Shown here: in pieces, positions 32,075 through 43,367 of the stretch
Numbering within the stretch: the stretch's first letter is position 1
Layout: every line of letters begins with the position of its first letter
Assembly (NCBI GenBank): GCA_038207395.1
Contig: JBBQZW010000001.1
Coordinates: forward strand, 142,862 to 206,861
Direction: 5' to 3'
Length of the DNA: 64,000 nucleotides
Origin: Minisyncoccia bacterium
GTDB taxonomy: Bacteria; Patescibacteriota; Minisyncoccia; Phycocordibacterales; Phycocordibacteraceae
The notes under the pieces: generated by a model
Databases searched by the model: none
Seen by the model: the letters and a program-made list of their open reading frames with translations, nothing else
Told to the model about the DNA's origin: nothing
Position numbers and translations under genes: made by a program

Positions 32075-32539
32075 ATGAACCCTACCATCCCCAAAGAAGA
32101 GGCACATACGTTTCTTACTAGTAACGACATAGGGGCTCTCGCAACGACAAGTTCAGACGGAATGCCTCACGTACGGCTCGTATACTACGCCGCTGATGCT
32201 GATTTCTCTATTTACTTCCTATCCCTCGCAAACACCCGTAAAGCTGATGATATTCAAAATGGATCAAAGGCAGCGTTTGTGGTTACAGGAAATGATCGCC
32301 ACCACACCCTTCAGATTGAAGGAATCTTTGAGGAAATGACCGACACGGCGATTTTTGGTCCAATGATTAGCTCCCTTACTGCTCATTTGTTCCCTAAGGG
32401 AGAATCTTCTGCACCCATAACGCACTTAGATACAGCAAAGCCAGTATTCTTTAAAATTAGTCCGACGTGGATTCGCTGGGGTGACTTCACGCATGGAGCG
32501 AAAAACAGCGAAGTTCTTCATACTATTAACCCTTCCTAA
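32075..32539 (+). CDS. Pyridoxamine 5'-phosphate oxidase-like FMN-binding protein
   Basis: LATTSSDGMPHVRLVYY...YFLS..NTRK. Confidence 0.82.
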   Translation: MNPTIPKEEAHTFLTSNDIGALATTSSDGMPHVRLVYYAADADFSIYFLSLANTRKADDIQNGSKAAFVVTGNDRHHTLQIEGIFEEMTDTAIFGPMISSLTAHLFPKGESSAPITHLDTAKPVFFKISPTWIRWGDFTHGAKNSEVLHTINPS

Positions 32540-32578
32540 GTGGTAAGAATGGTCTTTTCAGGCCGTCAGTACCTATAT

Positions 32579-33292
32579 ATGATCAAGCGTATTCCTCTCT
32601 TTACCCTATTCCTCATTTTGGGATTGGCTCTGAACACCACCTCGACTCACGCATCAATACCAAAGGGTGTTCGTGTATGTCACACGTATTCCAGCACCAT
32701 TAGATATGGTCAGCAAGATACAGGATCAATAACTGAAGTTAGCGACTTACAGCAAACATTAAACTCGCAAGAGTACTTTGATTCTGCGAATCTTGGTACG
32801 GGACATTTTGGCCCAATTACACTTAGAGCGGTAAAACGTTTCCAGATTGATCATGGTATTCCAGGAACAGGATTTGTTGGACCCCTTACGCGTACTGCGC
32901 TGAATACAAGCCAGACAGGATGCGGTATCGGAGAATCTCCTGCAACACTCTATTCTGCTTCCCCAACCTCTGCATCTGCAAGTACCACTATTTCTGTACG
33001 CGGCTTCGGTTTCTCAAAGACAAATACTATTCTACTTGATGGCTTTGTAGCGGCGCGTGATATTCCCATAACCTCATCTGTTGCCATTTCATGCACCACC
33101 GACTCTTCTTGCCATGGAGGAATAAACCAAACGATAACGTTTGTTCTTCAGAATTATCTTTCTCCGTACTGTCCTCCTGGCTCCATGTGTCCGCTCTATG
33201 TACGCGTGGCAGCGTCGGGTACGTATAATCTCACCGTACGGAATGACGCCGGAGTAAGCACCAACGGATTACCGTTTACAATTAGCGAATAA
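32579..33292 (+). CDS. Exported peptidoglycan-binding domain protein
   Basis: Signal peptide; VSDLQQTL...GHFGPITLRAVKRFQ..HGIPGTGFVGPLTR. Confidence 0.85.
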   Translation: MIKRIPLFTLFLILGLALNTTSTHASIPKGVRVCHTYSSTIRYGQQDTGSITEVSDLQQTLNSQEYFDSANLGTGHFGPITLRAVKRFQIDHGIPGTGFVGPLTRTALNTSQTGCGIGESPATLYSASPTSASASTTISVRGFGFSKTNTILLDGFVAARDIPITSSVAISCTTDSSCHGGINQTITFVLQNYLSPYCPPGSMCPLYVRVAASGTYNLTVRNDAGVSTNGLPFTISE

Positions 33293-33294
33293 GT

Positions 33295-33726
33295 CTACTG
33301 ACTCTGCGCGCCTGAAGCTCCGTACCACGTCTTTTGCCATGCTTTCATTTGAGCGATTTCAGAATTCTGTGCAGTAATAATATTTTGCGCAAGATCTTTC
33401 ACTTCCTGATGCTTTGCATCCCGAAGCGCAGCCTGTGCCATAACAACAGCTCCTTCATGGTGGGTAGTCATCTCGCTAAGAAAGGCTTTATCAAATGCAT
33501 CCCCAGTCTTTCCTTCGAGTGCGGCCATCATACCGTCCATGCTTTCGTGCATACTCATTTCATCGTTCCCCATTTTGTCATGCATCATCATTTCATCAGA
33601 CATTGAGTGCTCCATACTCATTTCATTATATCCAGCCTGAGAAACCATAAGACCTCCTGCTGCTCCAAGTCCAATACCAAGCACTGCTGCCATCACAATC
33701 TTAATATCAATGTTTTTTGTGTTCAT
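33295..33726 (-). CDS. DUF305 (CopM-like) protein
   Basis: Met/His-rich linker; FDKAFLSEM..HHEGAVVMA, IITAQNSEIAQM. Confidence 0.88.
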   Translation of the reverse strand: MNTKNIDIKIVMAAVLGIGLGAAGGLMVSQAGYNEMSMEHSMSDEMMMHDKMGNDEMSMHESMDGMMAALEGKTGDAFDKAFLSEMTTHHEGAVVMAQAALRDAKHQEVKDLAQNIITAQNSEIAQMKAWQKTWYGASGAQSQ

Positions 33727-33836
33727 ATAGAGAAAGTATACCCTGTCTCTTCCATACCCTTCACAAGACCTATGAATAACCTATTTATAAGGAATATAAG
33801 AGCATCTTGTTCATTATTGGATCGTGAAGTAGGCTA

Positions 33837-34460
33837 GTGCTAACGCTGTTCTTTCACACTATAGATAAGGATCACGCAGTGCTACAGGAAAAGATTCATT
33901 CGAAGCCAAAGAGCAAAAAGGTACCCCGTGCGCTTCGCGCACGCCGCTACTTCGTTCGTCTCGCTCTTTCAAAAGAGCGCCGGCAGGTACAGTACCTATA
34001 CCGGATACATCCTCCTGTTTCTCGTCCATTCTTTCCGAGCGATGAAACACTCCGATCACTGCTTCAAACACTCCCAGACGTACACTTTCTTCGCTGCACC
34101 CGTACGCGGCAGTATGACCGCCTGTACGTTCACACATTTAAAAATAATGTGTTCAATGCACGGGCGAAACGTATTGATCGTGAAAAGCATGCTGCGTTTA
34201 TGGCTGAACTCGGTGCGCACTGCTCGGAAGAGTCAGTGATACCTCAGCATGTCGTAGATGCATGCCGTGTGTTTCTTTCAGCAAACGAATTTGTATCTGT
34301 TGAATGGGACGGCATACAACTGATTGCCTATAATGCGGATGGATACCGCTATGAATGGCGGATATTTCATACTCCCGTTGGCTATGGCAAGGCATTTCGG
34401 GCCTTGTATCGCATCTGCAGAACAGAACGTCCGTTCATCTTTGGAACCGCTCCTCCGTGA
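33837..34460 (+). CDS. Hypothetical protein (ORFan)
   Basis: 207-aa open frame filling intergenic gap; start uncertain. Confidence 0.5.
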   Translation: MLTLFFHTIDKDHAVLQEKIHSKPKSKKVPRALRARRYFVRLALSKERRQVQYLYRIHPPVSRPFFPSDETLRSLLQTLPDVHFLRCTRTRQYDRLYVHTFKNNVFNARAKRIDREKHAAFMAELGAHCSEESVIPQHVVDACRVFLSANEFVSVEWDGIQLIAYNADGYRYEWRIFHTPVGYGKAFRALYRICRTERPFIFGTAPP

Positions 34461-34487
34461 GCGGTTCTTTTATATCCCCTTATTACT

Positions 34488-35108
34488 TCATTTAATTTCT
34501 ACCAACACTTCATTTCGCGTCATCCACGGCGGAGTCCAGGGAGCGTTGTACCCGGCATACTGTGGCTCTCCAAGTATCGTTACCCCGTCGCGCTCCAGAG
34601 CCATTAGTAATTTTTGTTTCTTTGCTTGAACACGTGCATCGGTACGCAGCCAAGCGAAGCGAATGACGGCCATTTTCTTTTCAGGGATGGTGACGATTTG
34701 TACACGAGAGTCTGTGGGGGTCGGGAGTGTATCAAGGGTGTATGAACGCGGCATACCGAACGCTATGATGTGCGACTCCCCTTCTATTGAGGCAATAACC
34801 GGCGCAGTCATCGCAATCGACTCAGATGCTGAACTCTTTTCCACAACAGGCGCAGTCATCGCAATCGACTCTTTCTTTGTATTACCTCCAAAAATATAGC
34901 CTGCAACTATAGTAAATCCCTTATTCAAAGCTTCTTTATACGATCCAGTAACCACGGTCTGAGCAACAATGTGTGCAGGATATAGACGAACTTCGTACTC
35001 TTTTTTGGTCTCAAGCACTGAGTATTCGGTATGTTCAACGCGCGATGAAAAATATCCCCACACAGACCACACAACAATTACTCCGATTACTCCATATAGA
35101 ATGTTCAT
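34488..35108 (-). CDS. SOUL family heme-binding protein
   Basis: YEVRLY, GYIFGGN, IAMTAPV (x2), FGMP, YNAPWTPPW..RNEV. Confidence 0.92.
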   Translation of the reverse strand: MNILYGVIGVIVVWSVWGYFSSRVEHTEYSVLETKKEYEVRLYPAHIVAQTVVTGSYKEALNKGFTIVAGYIFGGNTKKESIAMTAPVVEKSSASESIAMTAPVIASIEGESHIIAFGMPRSYTLDTLPTPTDSRVQIVTIPEKKMAVIRFAWLRTDARVQAKKQKLLMALERDGVTILGEPQYAGYNAPWTPPWMTRNEVLVEIK

Positions 35109-35182
35109 ATACTTAGCATATCAGGTAACTGAAACTACCCAAATACTACCTCTTACCAACATCAGACTGATACACTTAGTTA

Positions 35183-35764
35183 ATGAGCTTAGCTAAGATC
35201 CATAGAGAGATACTGGCCCATGAAAGTAATCGTCACTTTACAGAAAAAGGGTTCGCTCCTCTTTATTCAGTATCTCGATCAGCAAAAATAGTAATTATTG
35301 GTCAAGCACCGGGAAGAAAAGCACAGGAATCAGGTATTCCTTGGAACGACATAAGTGGTGATACGTTGCGAAACTGGTTAGGAGTTGATAGAGAGATGTT
35401 TTACAACAAGGAACTAATCGCACTTCTCCCTATGGATTTCTACTATCCCGGAAAAGGTACGACAGGAGACCTGCCACCTCGAAAAGAATTTGCACCACGG
35501 TGGCATGAGCGAATACTAAAAGAAATGTCAGACGTACAGTTAGTGGTGCTGATCGGGAGCTATTCACAGAAATACTACTTGAAGGATAGGCTAGAAAAGA
35601 ATCTAACAGAAACAGTTAGGAATTATAAGAAATACATGCCGAGATACTTTGTACTCGTTCACCCTTCTCCTTTAAACGCACGGTGGCAGGCAAAAAATCC
35701 TTGGTTTACAAAAGACATACTCCCTCCGCTTCGAGCAAAAATACGAAGCATCCTGAAAGCATAG
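35183..35764 (+). CDS. Uracil-DNA glycosylase superfamily protein
   Basis: IIGQAPG, PWNDISGDTLRNWLG, PMDFYYPG, GDLPPR, HPSPLN. Confidence 0.9.
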   Translation: MSLAKIHREILAHESNRHFTEKGFAPLYSVSRSAKIVIIGQAPGRKAQESGIPWNDISGDTLRNWLGVDREMFYNKELIALLPMDFYYPGKGTTGDLPPRKEFAPRWHERILKEMSDVQLVVLIGSYSQKYYLKDRLEKNLTETVRNYKKYMPRYFVLVHPSPLNARWQAKNPWFTKDILPPLRAKIRSILKA

Positions 35765-35770
35765 CGTACC

Positions 35771-38380
35771 CTATTTCGATGAAGGAGCTCCTGACGTATT
35801 TCTAAACAATTTTTTCCCAGCCTCGATTAGCGCTATATTAACGAATCCAATCAGAAGAACTCCGAGTACCCAAGTGAATGGAAGTGAGACAGTACCGAAG
35901 AGCACTTGTAGAACAGGAACGTATATTGCAACTCCCATCAGAACAAAACCTATCAGTATTCCCCCTGTTAGGTAGCGGTTAGAAAATAGCGGGTACGAAA
36001 GTATACTCTTGTCCAAACTTCGCACTGACAGCGCTACGAGCAATGTATAGGTGCCAAACGCTGCAAACGTGAAGGTGCGCACGAGTTCAGTGTCATAACC
36101 AAGGTGTAGGAGAACGGCATACACCACCAGAAGAAGGATGCTTGTTGTGGTACCGATAATAAGAATAAGGAATTTCATAAGCGGGTCAAACAGCTCTATC
36201 TTTCCTTTCTTAGGCCGGTGCGAGAGTCCATCTGAATCTTTCTCAAAGGCAAATGCAATAGCAGGAAAACTATCCGAGAAGAAATTCACCCAGAGTATTT
36301 GTAGTGCATTGAGTGGTAACGGCAGCCCGATAAGGAGTGATCCTCCAATCAAAACGAGTCCATCAGCAACGTTTGAGAGTAAGTACACAAGTACTTTTCG
36401 AAGGTTACTAAGAATCTGTCGGCCCTCCTCAATGGCCGCAACTATCGTCTCAAAGTTATCATCCAGGAGCACCAAGTCTGCAACACTCTGAGCTACCTCA
36501 GTTCCTGAGCCCATAGCAATACCAATATCTGCTTGCTTTATACTTGGCGCATCATTCACCCCGTCACCGGTCATAGCCACGATCTCACCTGACTCTTGGA
36601 AAAGCTTAACTATACGTAATTTATCAAAAGGGGTAACCCGGGAAATTACTGAAATATGAGGTAAGCGTTTTCGCAGCTCTTCTTCTGAAAGCGAAATAAG
36701 TTCTGAGGCATCGAGTACCGATCCCGGAGTTATCGTCATACCAATCTCACGAGCTACCGCCGTGGCCGTTCCCTGATGATCCCCAGTCATAATCACTGTT
36801 TTAATACCAGCGCGTCTAACCCTATCAATAGTATCTTTAATCCCGTGACGAATAGGGTCACGGAACGTGATGAATCCATCAAAGGAAATAGCATCCGTAG
36901 AGAGATTCTCTGCGAGTGAGTAATCTTCAGTGTGTACTATTTTTTTAGACGCAACGCCAAGAACCCGTTCACCTGAGGCCGCTAACTCTGCTACTTGTTC
37001 GAGCATGGATGCTTTCTCTTTCTCAGTTAGAGCAGAGCACTGAAGCAATATATCTGGTGCGCCAAAGAAGATAATCCTATGCGTGCGTCCTTCTTTAACT
37101 AGTGACGCAGAATACTTGTGAACAGCATTAAAGGGCACCGTTTGTAGGACGTGTTTCTTATCTGAAATAACATCGAGAGGCATACCGCGGAGTGCAGCTG
37201 AGCGAACCAGGCTCGTTTCCATTATTCTTCCGTTCATGCGCCAATTCTCTGGCTCATCATCGGGATTTTCTATAAGTACCGTTGCATTAGTGAGCGCGCG
37301 CATAAGAAGTTCATCCTCAGACATTCCGGACGAGAGTATCTTAGAGAGCACCATTTTAGCCATAGTGAGCGTACCTGTCTTATCCGTCAGAATAACGGTT
37401 GTACTCCCGAGCGCCTCTGCTGCAACTAGTTTTCGGACAACTCCCTTACGCTTTGCCATTCGCTCAACTCCTATGGCAAGAATTACGGTCATGGAAATAG
37501 GAAGCCCTTCAGGTATGGCCGAAACAGCAAGCGCAACTGCAGTAAGGAACATTTCAACCACTGGCTCGCCGAGTGAAATCCCAACAATAAAAACAATTAG
37601 TGTTAGCGAGCCAAGGAGAATACTTAGTCCAACACTAAATCGAGAGATGGCTTCCTGGAGCGGCGTTTTTTCATTTTCAGCTTGCTCAATTGAAGTCGCA
37701 ATCTTACCAAACTCAGTACTTCCATTCGTACGGCACACAATAGCAGCGGCAACACCCTGCGTGACGAGGGTACCGGCAAAAATCATTGAGTTCTGATCCG
37801 CAAGACCCGCAGCCTCTGGTGAGGAATCTGCTGACTTCCCCACAGGAAGTGACTCCCCCGTTAATACGGCTTCATCAACCTGAAAATCGTTTACAAAAAT
37901 AATGCGCGCATCAGCGGGTACTCTATCTCCTTGAGCAAGTCGAATAATGTCTCCCGGTACAATCTCTTCTGCATCAATCTCCCGTTCTTTTCCATCACGA
38001 ATTACGCGCGTTCTTTGCTTAAGATAGTTTTTAAGTTCTGAAAGCGCTTTCTCTGCTTTATTTTCCTGGTAAAAACCGAGTATCGAATTCACCACCACTG
38101 CAATAAAGATAAAGAATGCATCCTTATAATGCGCAATACTTAGCGTAATTCCCACCGCTAACAGCAGTACCAGGATGAGCGGACTCTTAAACTGATTAAA
38201 GAATATCTGTAGCCAGGGCGCCCGTTTTGCAGACTCAAGCGCATTTCTGCCGAACAGAGCTAGGCGTTCCCCAGCCACTTCACCAGAGAGTCCCTTTTCG
38301 ATGTCACTTTGAAAAAACGCCTCTGTGTCCTCAAGGGAAATACTCCAGAACTTCTTTTCTTGTATCTGCTGCTGATTCAT
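35771..38380 (-). CDS. P-type IIA cation-transporting ATPase
   Basis: LTGES, IPEGLP, DKTGTLT, MTGDGVNDAPS. Confidence 0.93.
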   Translation of the reverse strand: MNQQQIQEKKFWSISLEDTEAFFQSDIEKGLSGEVAGERLALFGRNALESAKRAPWLQIFFNQFKSPLILVLLLAVGITLSIAHYKDAFFIFIAVVVNSILGFYQENKAEKALSELKNYLKQRTRVIRDGKEREIDAEEIVPGDIIRLAQGDRVPADARIIFVNDFQVDEAVLTGESLPVGKSADSSPEAAGLADQNSMIFAGTLVTQGVAAAIVCRTNGSTEFGKIATSIEQAENEKTPLQEAISRFSVGLSILLGSLTLIVFIVGISLGEPVVEMFLTAVALAVSAIPEGLPISMTVILAIGVERMAKRKGVVRKLVAAEALGSTTVILTDKTGTLTMAKMVLSKILSSGMSEDELLMRALTNATVLIENPDDEPENWRMNGRIMETSLVRSAALRGMPLDVISDKKHVLQTVPFNAVHKYSASLVKEGRTHRIIFFGAPDILLQCSALTEKEKASMLEQVAELAASGERVLGVASKKIVHTEDYSLAENLSTDAISFDGFITFRDPIRHGIKDTIDRVRRAGIKTVIMTGDHQGTATAVAREIGMTITPGSVLDASELISLSEEELRKRLPHISVISRVTPFDKLRIVKLFQESGEIVAMTGDGVNDAPSIKQADIGIAMGSGTEVAQSVADLVLLDDNFETIVAAIEEGRQILSNLRKVLVYLLSNVADGLVLIGGSLLIGLPLPLNALQILWVNFFSDSFPAIAFAFEKDSDGLSHRPKKGKIELFDPLMKFLILIIGTTTSILLLVVYAVLLHLGYDTELVRTFTFAAFGTYTLLVALSVRSLDKSILSYPLFSNRYLTGGILIGFVLMGVAIYVPVLQVLFGTVSLPFTWVLGVLLIGFVNIALIEAGKKLFRNTSGAPSSK

Positions 38381-38403
38381 ACCATCACTCTGTACATACT
38401 TTT

Positions 38404-38802
38404 TTAGAAGCCGATCTTAGCGGCAATAAAAAAAGTAACCGTAGAAACTAGGGCACCAAGTGTCGCTCCCCACGCCATATCAACTACCGTTACTAAAAGC
38501 GGCCAATCTTTAAGGGTCGCAAGATTAGTAAGATCATAGGTTGCATAGGTAATGAGACCAAAAAGAGCGCCATACAAAAGTGCGTGCATCCAAGATCCTT
38601 TTTCTACTGCAGGGGCAATTACGAAGAGTACTAGACCAATAATAAACAAGAAGTAGAACGTGAGTGCTGCCACCCAATTAATATTTCCTTTCATTAAAAA
38701 ACCGATCTGTGATGCGTAAAATGAATTCGCCACTAATCCTAACCAGACCATATCAATGGCAAAAAATACCGGTAGCGCAATTGCGTAGAGTTTGATGAAC
38801 AT
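38404..38802 (-). CDS. DUF2177 family membrane protein
   Basis: IDMVWLG, YATYDLTNLATLKDWP...VDMAWG. Confidence 0.88.
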   Translation of the reverse strand: MFIKLYAIALPVFFAIDMVWLGLVANSFYASQIGFLMKGNINWVAALTFYFLFIIGLVLFVIAPAVEKGSWMHALLYGALFGLITYATYDLTNLATLKDWPLLVTVVDMAWGATLGALVSTVTFFIAAKIGF

Positions 38803-38828
38803 ATAGATACTATACCTCGAGCTCCTGA

Positions 38829-39938
38829 CTACCAGTCAATAGCAAATAACTTCTTATATTCAAGGAACTCCTCTCGCTCCCATCCCGCTATGAGGTACCC
38901 TGACATAAAGCTAGTAATAATGCCGGTGCCTCCAAACGCAGTAGAAGCAATATGATTAGTGCCGGCAATTTCACCTATGTAGGGAAGACCGCGCTTTGCA
39001 GGAAAAAAGGAAGCACTCCATGCGCTCTGACGTACGTAGGTATGATCAATCCCAAAGAGTGCTGTTCCGTAGTCTGCAAGAAGTGCATACTTTTCTTCAT
39101 CAGCTTCTGCGCTTGGAGTATATGCGTTTTCATATACGTCCTCTCCTCCAATCCAAAGACGCGTTCCATCAAAGGAGCGAATATAGTGGTACGGCTCATC
39201 GGTGTCCCACATCACGCATGACCGAAATAGTTCCGGAAGCTGTTCCTTTTCGTACGAAAGAACGAAGGTGCGCTTATGCTCAATCTCAAAAGTATCGGGG
39301 AGTAATCCCCCACCATCACCAGTTGCTATAATCACTTTCTTTCCATGAAAGACTTCTCCCGTTTCAGTCGTTACCATCCCTCCATCAAGACTACGTACGT
39401 TCTGATTGTAGAGAATGTCACCCCCTTGCACTCGAGTGATATCAGCAAGTATCTTTAGTATCTTTTGATTATTCGTTACCCCTTCCCCATGGATGGTAAG
39501 TACTGCTCTAAATGACGGGTGGGGCAGATGTTCTGTTTCAAGAGTTACGTGCGCACCAATACTTTTATAGAACGCATATTTCTCTTCTAAGACAGGAATA
39601 TCTTCATCTTTATAGGCATAAAAGTACGCAGGCATACGATCCGTTCTGAAATGGTCTTCCCCTAACTGGTGAGCAAATTCACTAAGCAGATCAATACCAT
39701 TAGCGCAGAGCTGCCAAAGCTGTTTCGCTCCCTCGATACCAAATCGCTCAGTAACAACACCCCACTCAGCGTCGGGATCATGATTCATTTCTGCTGTTGA
39801 AGCAAAGCTCGCACTCGTTGTGCCATCACTACCGTCAAGGACGAGCACTGAGTGCTCGTCCTTGGAAAGGTGATATGCAGATGAAAGACCAGCTATGCCC
39901 GCCCCAATAACTACGTAGTCATATTCGCGTGGTTCCAT
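38829..39938 (-). CDS. FAD-dependent oxidoreductase (DAO family)
   Basis: VVIGAGIAGLS, PYHYIRS, GLPYIG, FGGTG. Confidence 0.85.
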   Translation of the reverse strand: MEPREYDYVVIGAGIAGLSSAYHLSKDEHSVLVLDGSDGTTSASFASTAEMNHDPDAEWGVVTERFGIEGAKQLWQLCANGIDLLSEFAHQLGEDHFRTDRMPAYFYAYKDEDIPVLEEKYAFYKSIGAHVTLETEHLPHPSFRAVLTIHGEGVTNNQKILKILADITRVQGGDILYNQNVRSLDGGMVTTETGEVFHGKKVIIATGDGGGLLPDTFEIEHKRTFVLSYEKEQLPELFRSCVMWDTDEPYHYIRSFDGTRLWIGGEDVYENAYTPSAEADEEKYALLADYGTALFGIDHTYVRQSAWSASFFPAKRGLPYIGEIAGTNHIASTAFGGTGIITSFMSGYLIAGWEREEFLEYKKLFAIDW

Positions 39939-39973
39939 AGACCTAGCATAGCATCTAGGCTACGGTGCCTGTG

Positions 39974-41155
39974 CTAGATATAGTTGAGATAGTCTCCGTA
40001 CCCAAGCTTTTCCATATCTGCTTTTGGAATGAATTTAAGAGCAGCTGAGTTCATGCAGTATCGCTTACCTCCTCGTTCCCGTGGACCATCATCAAAGACG
40101 TGGCCGAGGTGTGAATCTGCAATAGCTGAGCGAATTTCTGTTCGTGAGGTGAAAAGTCCTTTGTCTACTTTTTCAACTACGGCAGTTGGGGTGATTGGTT
40201 TAACAAATGAAGGCCAGCCTGTTCCAGAATCAAACTTATCCTTTGAAGAATAGAGTGGTTCACCTGACACAACATCTACATACAAACCATCAGCGTAGTT
40301 CTTATCATATTCGTTTGTGTGAGGCCGTTCGGTGCCGTTCTGCTGCGTTACATTGTATTGAACGGGTGTAAGTGTTGATTGAAGTTCAGTGCTTGATGGT
40401 TTTACAAAGTGCTCCCAAGCGTGTCCAGTTGTGTTTTCAGTCATAGAAGTGGGGTTAGTCTTAGTGGAAGAATGTTCCGGCGTTGGGGTTGGTATGGTGT
40501 CTGTCCCCCAGTGCTTTGTAATAAAGGCGTCTCTACCCGATGCAGCGCGGTAGTACGAATATCGCACAGGATTCTTTTGCGCATAATCCTGATGATATTC
40601 TTCTGCCGGCCAGAACGGTACCGAAGGGACAATGTAGAGAGCTAATGGTTTTTCATATATCTTGCGTGCATTAATATCTTTTACGACATTCTCTGCAGCA
40701 GCTTTTTCTTCAGGTGAGGAGTAGTATGCAGCAGATGTGTATTCAATCCCCCGATCGTGGAACGATCCGGAAGGATCAGTGGCGTCGCTGTGACGGATAA
40801 GATAATCGACGAGATTTCCATAACTAATTTTAGTAGGGTCGTACGTTACCTCCACTACCTCTCTAAATCCGCGCTTCGCATAGTCTTCGTAGGTTGGGTT
40901 TTCACCGGTACCGCCTGCGTATCCGGACACGACACTAATTACTCCCGTATATTTCTGCAAATCAGCTTGTGTACACCAGAAGCACCCTCCTGCCAGGATG
41001 GCTTTTGCTGTTGTCGTTGAGGTGGTACCAGCATCATGCATGGACTCCTTAGACATTCTTTCTTTTTCACTATTTGAGCGCGCATAGGCAAGATACGCAG
41101 TTCCCACAATACCAAGCACCACAATGATTGAAATTAGTACGGTATATTTTTTCAT
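39974..41155 (-). CDS. msrAB: Exported MsrA-MsrB fusion methionine sulfoxide reductase
   Basis: N-terminal anchor; [15 protein letters not shown]; [27 protein letters not shown]. Confidence 0.93.
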   Translation of the reverse strand: MKKYTVLISIIVVLGIVGTAYLAYARSNSEKERMSKESMHDAGTTSTTTAKAILAGGCFWCTQADLQKYTGVISVVSGYAGGTGENPTYEDYAKRGFREVVEVTYDPTKISYGNLVDYLIRHSDATDPSGSFHDRGIEYTSAAYYSSPEEKAAAENVVKDINARKIYEKPLALYIVPSVPFWPAEEYHQDYAQKNPVRYSYYRAASGRDAFITKHWGTDTIPTPTPEHSSTKTNPTSMTENTTGHAWEHFVKPSSTELQSTLTPVQYNVTQQNGTERPHTNEYDKNYADGLYVDVVSGEPLYSSKDKFDSGTGWPSFVKPITPTAVVEKVDKGLFTSRTEIRSAIADSHLGHVFDDGPRERGGKRYCMNSAALKFIPKADMEKLGYGDYLNYI

Positions 41156-41186
41156 ATGTTAAGTATACTTTACATTACGCGAATCG

Positions 41187-42647
41187 TCACCCTTCCCGGA
41201 CTCTCCAGATTGTTCTGAGAAGACTCATGATGTTAGGGGTTAATTTCTGAGACTGGTACGTGCCTGCAACCCTTCTGATTATCCTAGCGGCCGTAGGGTA
41301 CGGCGCTACTCGGTTAAACAGGTCTGCTACTTTCAGACCATTGGACTTTGCGAGGAGTAGTTCACCTAGTATCTCCCCTGCTTGAGGCGCTACCAGCGTA
41401 CCTCCGAGCAGCGTACCTCCGTTCCCGACAAAGAGTTTAAGAAAACCTCGCGAGCTATCTACTATCGCCCTATCATCCTCTTCGAGCGTAGACACGAATT
41501 CTTGATACGGCGTCTTACTGATACCTAACTCATTCGCTGAACGGCCAAACGTCGCGATCTCCGGACTTGTATACGTTACCCACCCAAAAGAATCTGTGTT
41601 CAGTTTCTTTTTAAAGACCCCAAAGAAGTTAGTTATCACCGTCTTTGCATGGAGCTCTGCAGCATGAGTAAACATGAGCCCTCCCGCAACATCCCCAACC
41701 ACGAACACGTGTTTGTTTGTTGTTCTCAAATAAGGGTCAACGATAAGTCTTGTCCCTTCAGGAGTTGTCATAATTCCTGCTTTTTCTAAGTCTAGATTGT
41801 CGATATTTAGCACTCTTCCAATGCCAACAAATAACGCATCAGCAGCAATACTCTTTTCTCCCTCAGACGTAATAACTATCAATGCACCGTTCTCATACTT
41901 CGCGGGCTTTGATCCAAGCATGAGCGTGATACCCATGGAGGTTAGCTCGTTCTGCATGAACTCAGATACTGCAGGATCTTCTTTCTCTAACAAATGAGTG
42001 CCCCCATGAACAATAGTCACTTCAGAACCGAGCATGGAAAATGCTTGGCCAAGCTCGAGCGATATCGGACCACCTCCAATGAATACGAATTTCTTAGGCA
42101 AGGTCTCCATGCTGAAGACATTCTCATTTGTATATACTGGTACCGCCGTACTACCTTCACTGAGGCCAGGGAGCTCAAGCGTGCGGGGGCGCGAACCTGT
42201 TGCAAGGACAATCTTCTTTCCTTGATACTCGGTGTCGTTCACGACGACACTTCTCTTCCCATTGAATTTCGCCTCTCCAAGAACTACCGTTATTCCGAGA
42301 TTTCTGAAATGTTCAGCATTCTCATGCTCGCGTATGACCTCTTGTTTTTCTTTGACGTACGCCATTACTTTTTTAATATCAACATCTTCGCTTCCTTGTG
42401 TACGAGTCTTCTCACTAAAGAATCCAGCTTCATGCGCCTTTGCGCCTGCATGTATTTCACGCGCCGCGTGAATCAGTGCCTTAGAAGGAACGCAGCCTGC
42501 ATTTAAACAATCTCCTCCAATCGTTTCATCTCTCTTATCAATCAGTAAAACCTTCAACCCTATGCGGTTCATAAAGACCGCAATATTAAGGCCACCAGAC
42601 CCTGCGCCAATGACAATTACATCAAATTTATTGGTATCTTTTTTCAT
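41187..42647 (-). CDS. Pyridine nucleotide-disulfide oxidoreductase (LpdA/MerA-like)
   Basis: GAGSGG, GGDCLNAGCVPSKAL redox pair, FTHAA, YTSPEIA, PYPT. Confidence 0.88.
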   Translation of the reverse strand: MKKDTNKFDVIVIGAGSGGLNIAVFMNRIGLKVLLIDKRDETIGGDCLNAGCVPSKALIHAAREIHAGAKAHEAGFFSEKTRTQGSEDVDIKKVMAYVKEKQEVIREHENAEHFRNLGITVVLGEAKFNGKRSVVVNDTEYQGKKIVLATGSRPRTLELPGLSEGSTAVPVYTNENVFSMETLPKKFVFIGGGPISLELGQAFSMLGSEVTIVHGGTHLLEKEDPAVSEFMQNELTSMGITLMLGSKPAKYENGALIVITSEGEKSIAADALFVGIGRVLNIDNLDLEKAGIMTTPEGTRLIVDPYLRTTNKHVFVVGDVAGGLMFTHAAELHAKTVITNFFGVFKKKLNTDSFGWVTYTSPEIATFGRSANELGISKTPYQEFVSTLEEDDRAIVDSSRGFLKLFVGNGGTLLGGTLVAPQAGEILGELLLAKSNGLKVADLFNRVAPYPTAARIIRRVAGTYQSQKLTPNIMSLLRTIWRVREG

Positions 42648-43257
42648 AGTATTTTCCGATTACCGTAAGAATAATGATACCGAGAATACTTAGCCCTATA
42701 TTCAAAGGACTTAGCATTTTCAATGACCCTCCAAGGTATACAAAGAGAAAGGTGCCTGGCAGCATTCCAATAAATGAGCCAATGACATACGTTTTTAGCG
42801 GTATCGGCGTAACGCCAAGCAAGAAGTTTATAGCGTTGAATGGGAACAGTGGTACGAGCCGGAGAAAAAGAATCGTACTTAATCCCTTCGTCTCAAGACT
42901 GTTCACATACTTTTCTATTGTTGGGTACTTAGCAAATACTTTCTTTCCGTAATCCTGAAATATGTACCGTGCTAGCAAAAAAGCGAGCGTTGCTCCTATT
43001 GTGTTTCCGATGATAGCTACGAGTGTTCCAAACCACACACCAAAGACTGATCCCGTAATTAATGTAAGTGGGGTTCCTGGCACCCCAAGAGGCGCAGCTA
43101 CGGCCTTAAGCAGGATTAATATCCCAGCAACCTGCAATGGATTCATAATGCTTTGCGTTTCAAGCATCCTGAACAATTCAAGTATTTTTTCGTGATAGGC
43201 AAATGCCGCAATGGCAAGCGCGATAACCGTGCACAGAAGAATTATTTTTTTATTCAT
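42628..43257 (-). CDS. TVP38/TMEM64 (DedA/VTT) membrane protein
   Basis: GATLAFLLARY, LRLVPLFPFNAINF..G. Confidence 0.9.
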   Translation of the reverse strand: MNKKIILLCTVIALAIAAFAYHEKILELFRMLETQSIMNPLQVAGILILLKAVAAPLGVPGTPLTLITGSVFGVWFGTLVAIIGNTIGATLAFLLARYIFQDYGKKVFAKYPTIEKYVNSLETKGLSTILFLRLVPLFPFNAINFLLGVTPIPLKTYVIGSFIGMLPGTFLFVYLGGSLKMLSPLNIGLSILGIIILTVIGKYYEKRYQ

Positions 43258-43367
43258 GAGGTTTTTTAGATTGTCCCATGGAATGGGTATTTTACTAAAC
43301 ACAAACTGTGGTGGTTGTATACTACGTGAAGCAGTACTTTAATTCATTTACTTATTACCCTATATTC

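Noticed and set aside
34801-34871. 23-bp direct repeat ggcgcagtcatcgcaatcgactc
   Set aside because: Encodes the IAMTAPV motif that is commonly repeated within SOUL proteins.
41187-42647. Mercuric reductase MerA
   Set aside because: Lacks the C-terminal Cys-Cys pair and there are no mer genes nearby.
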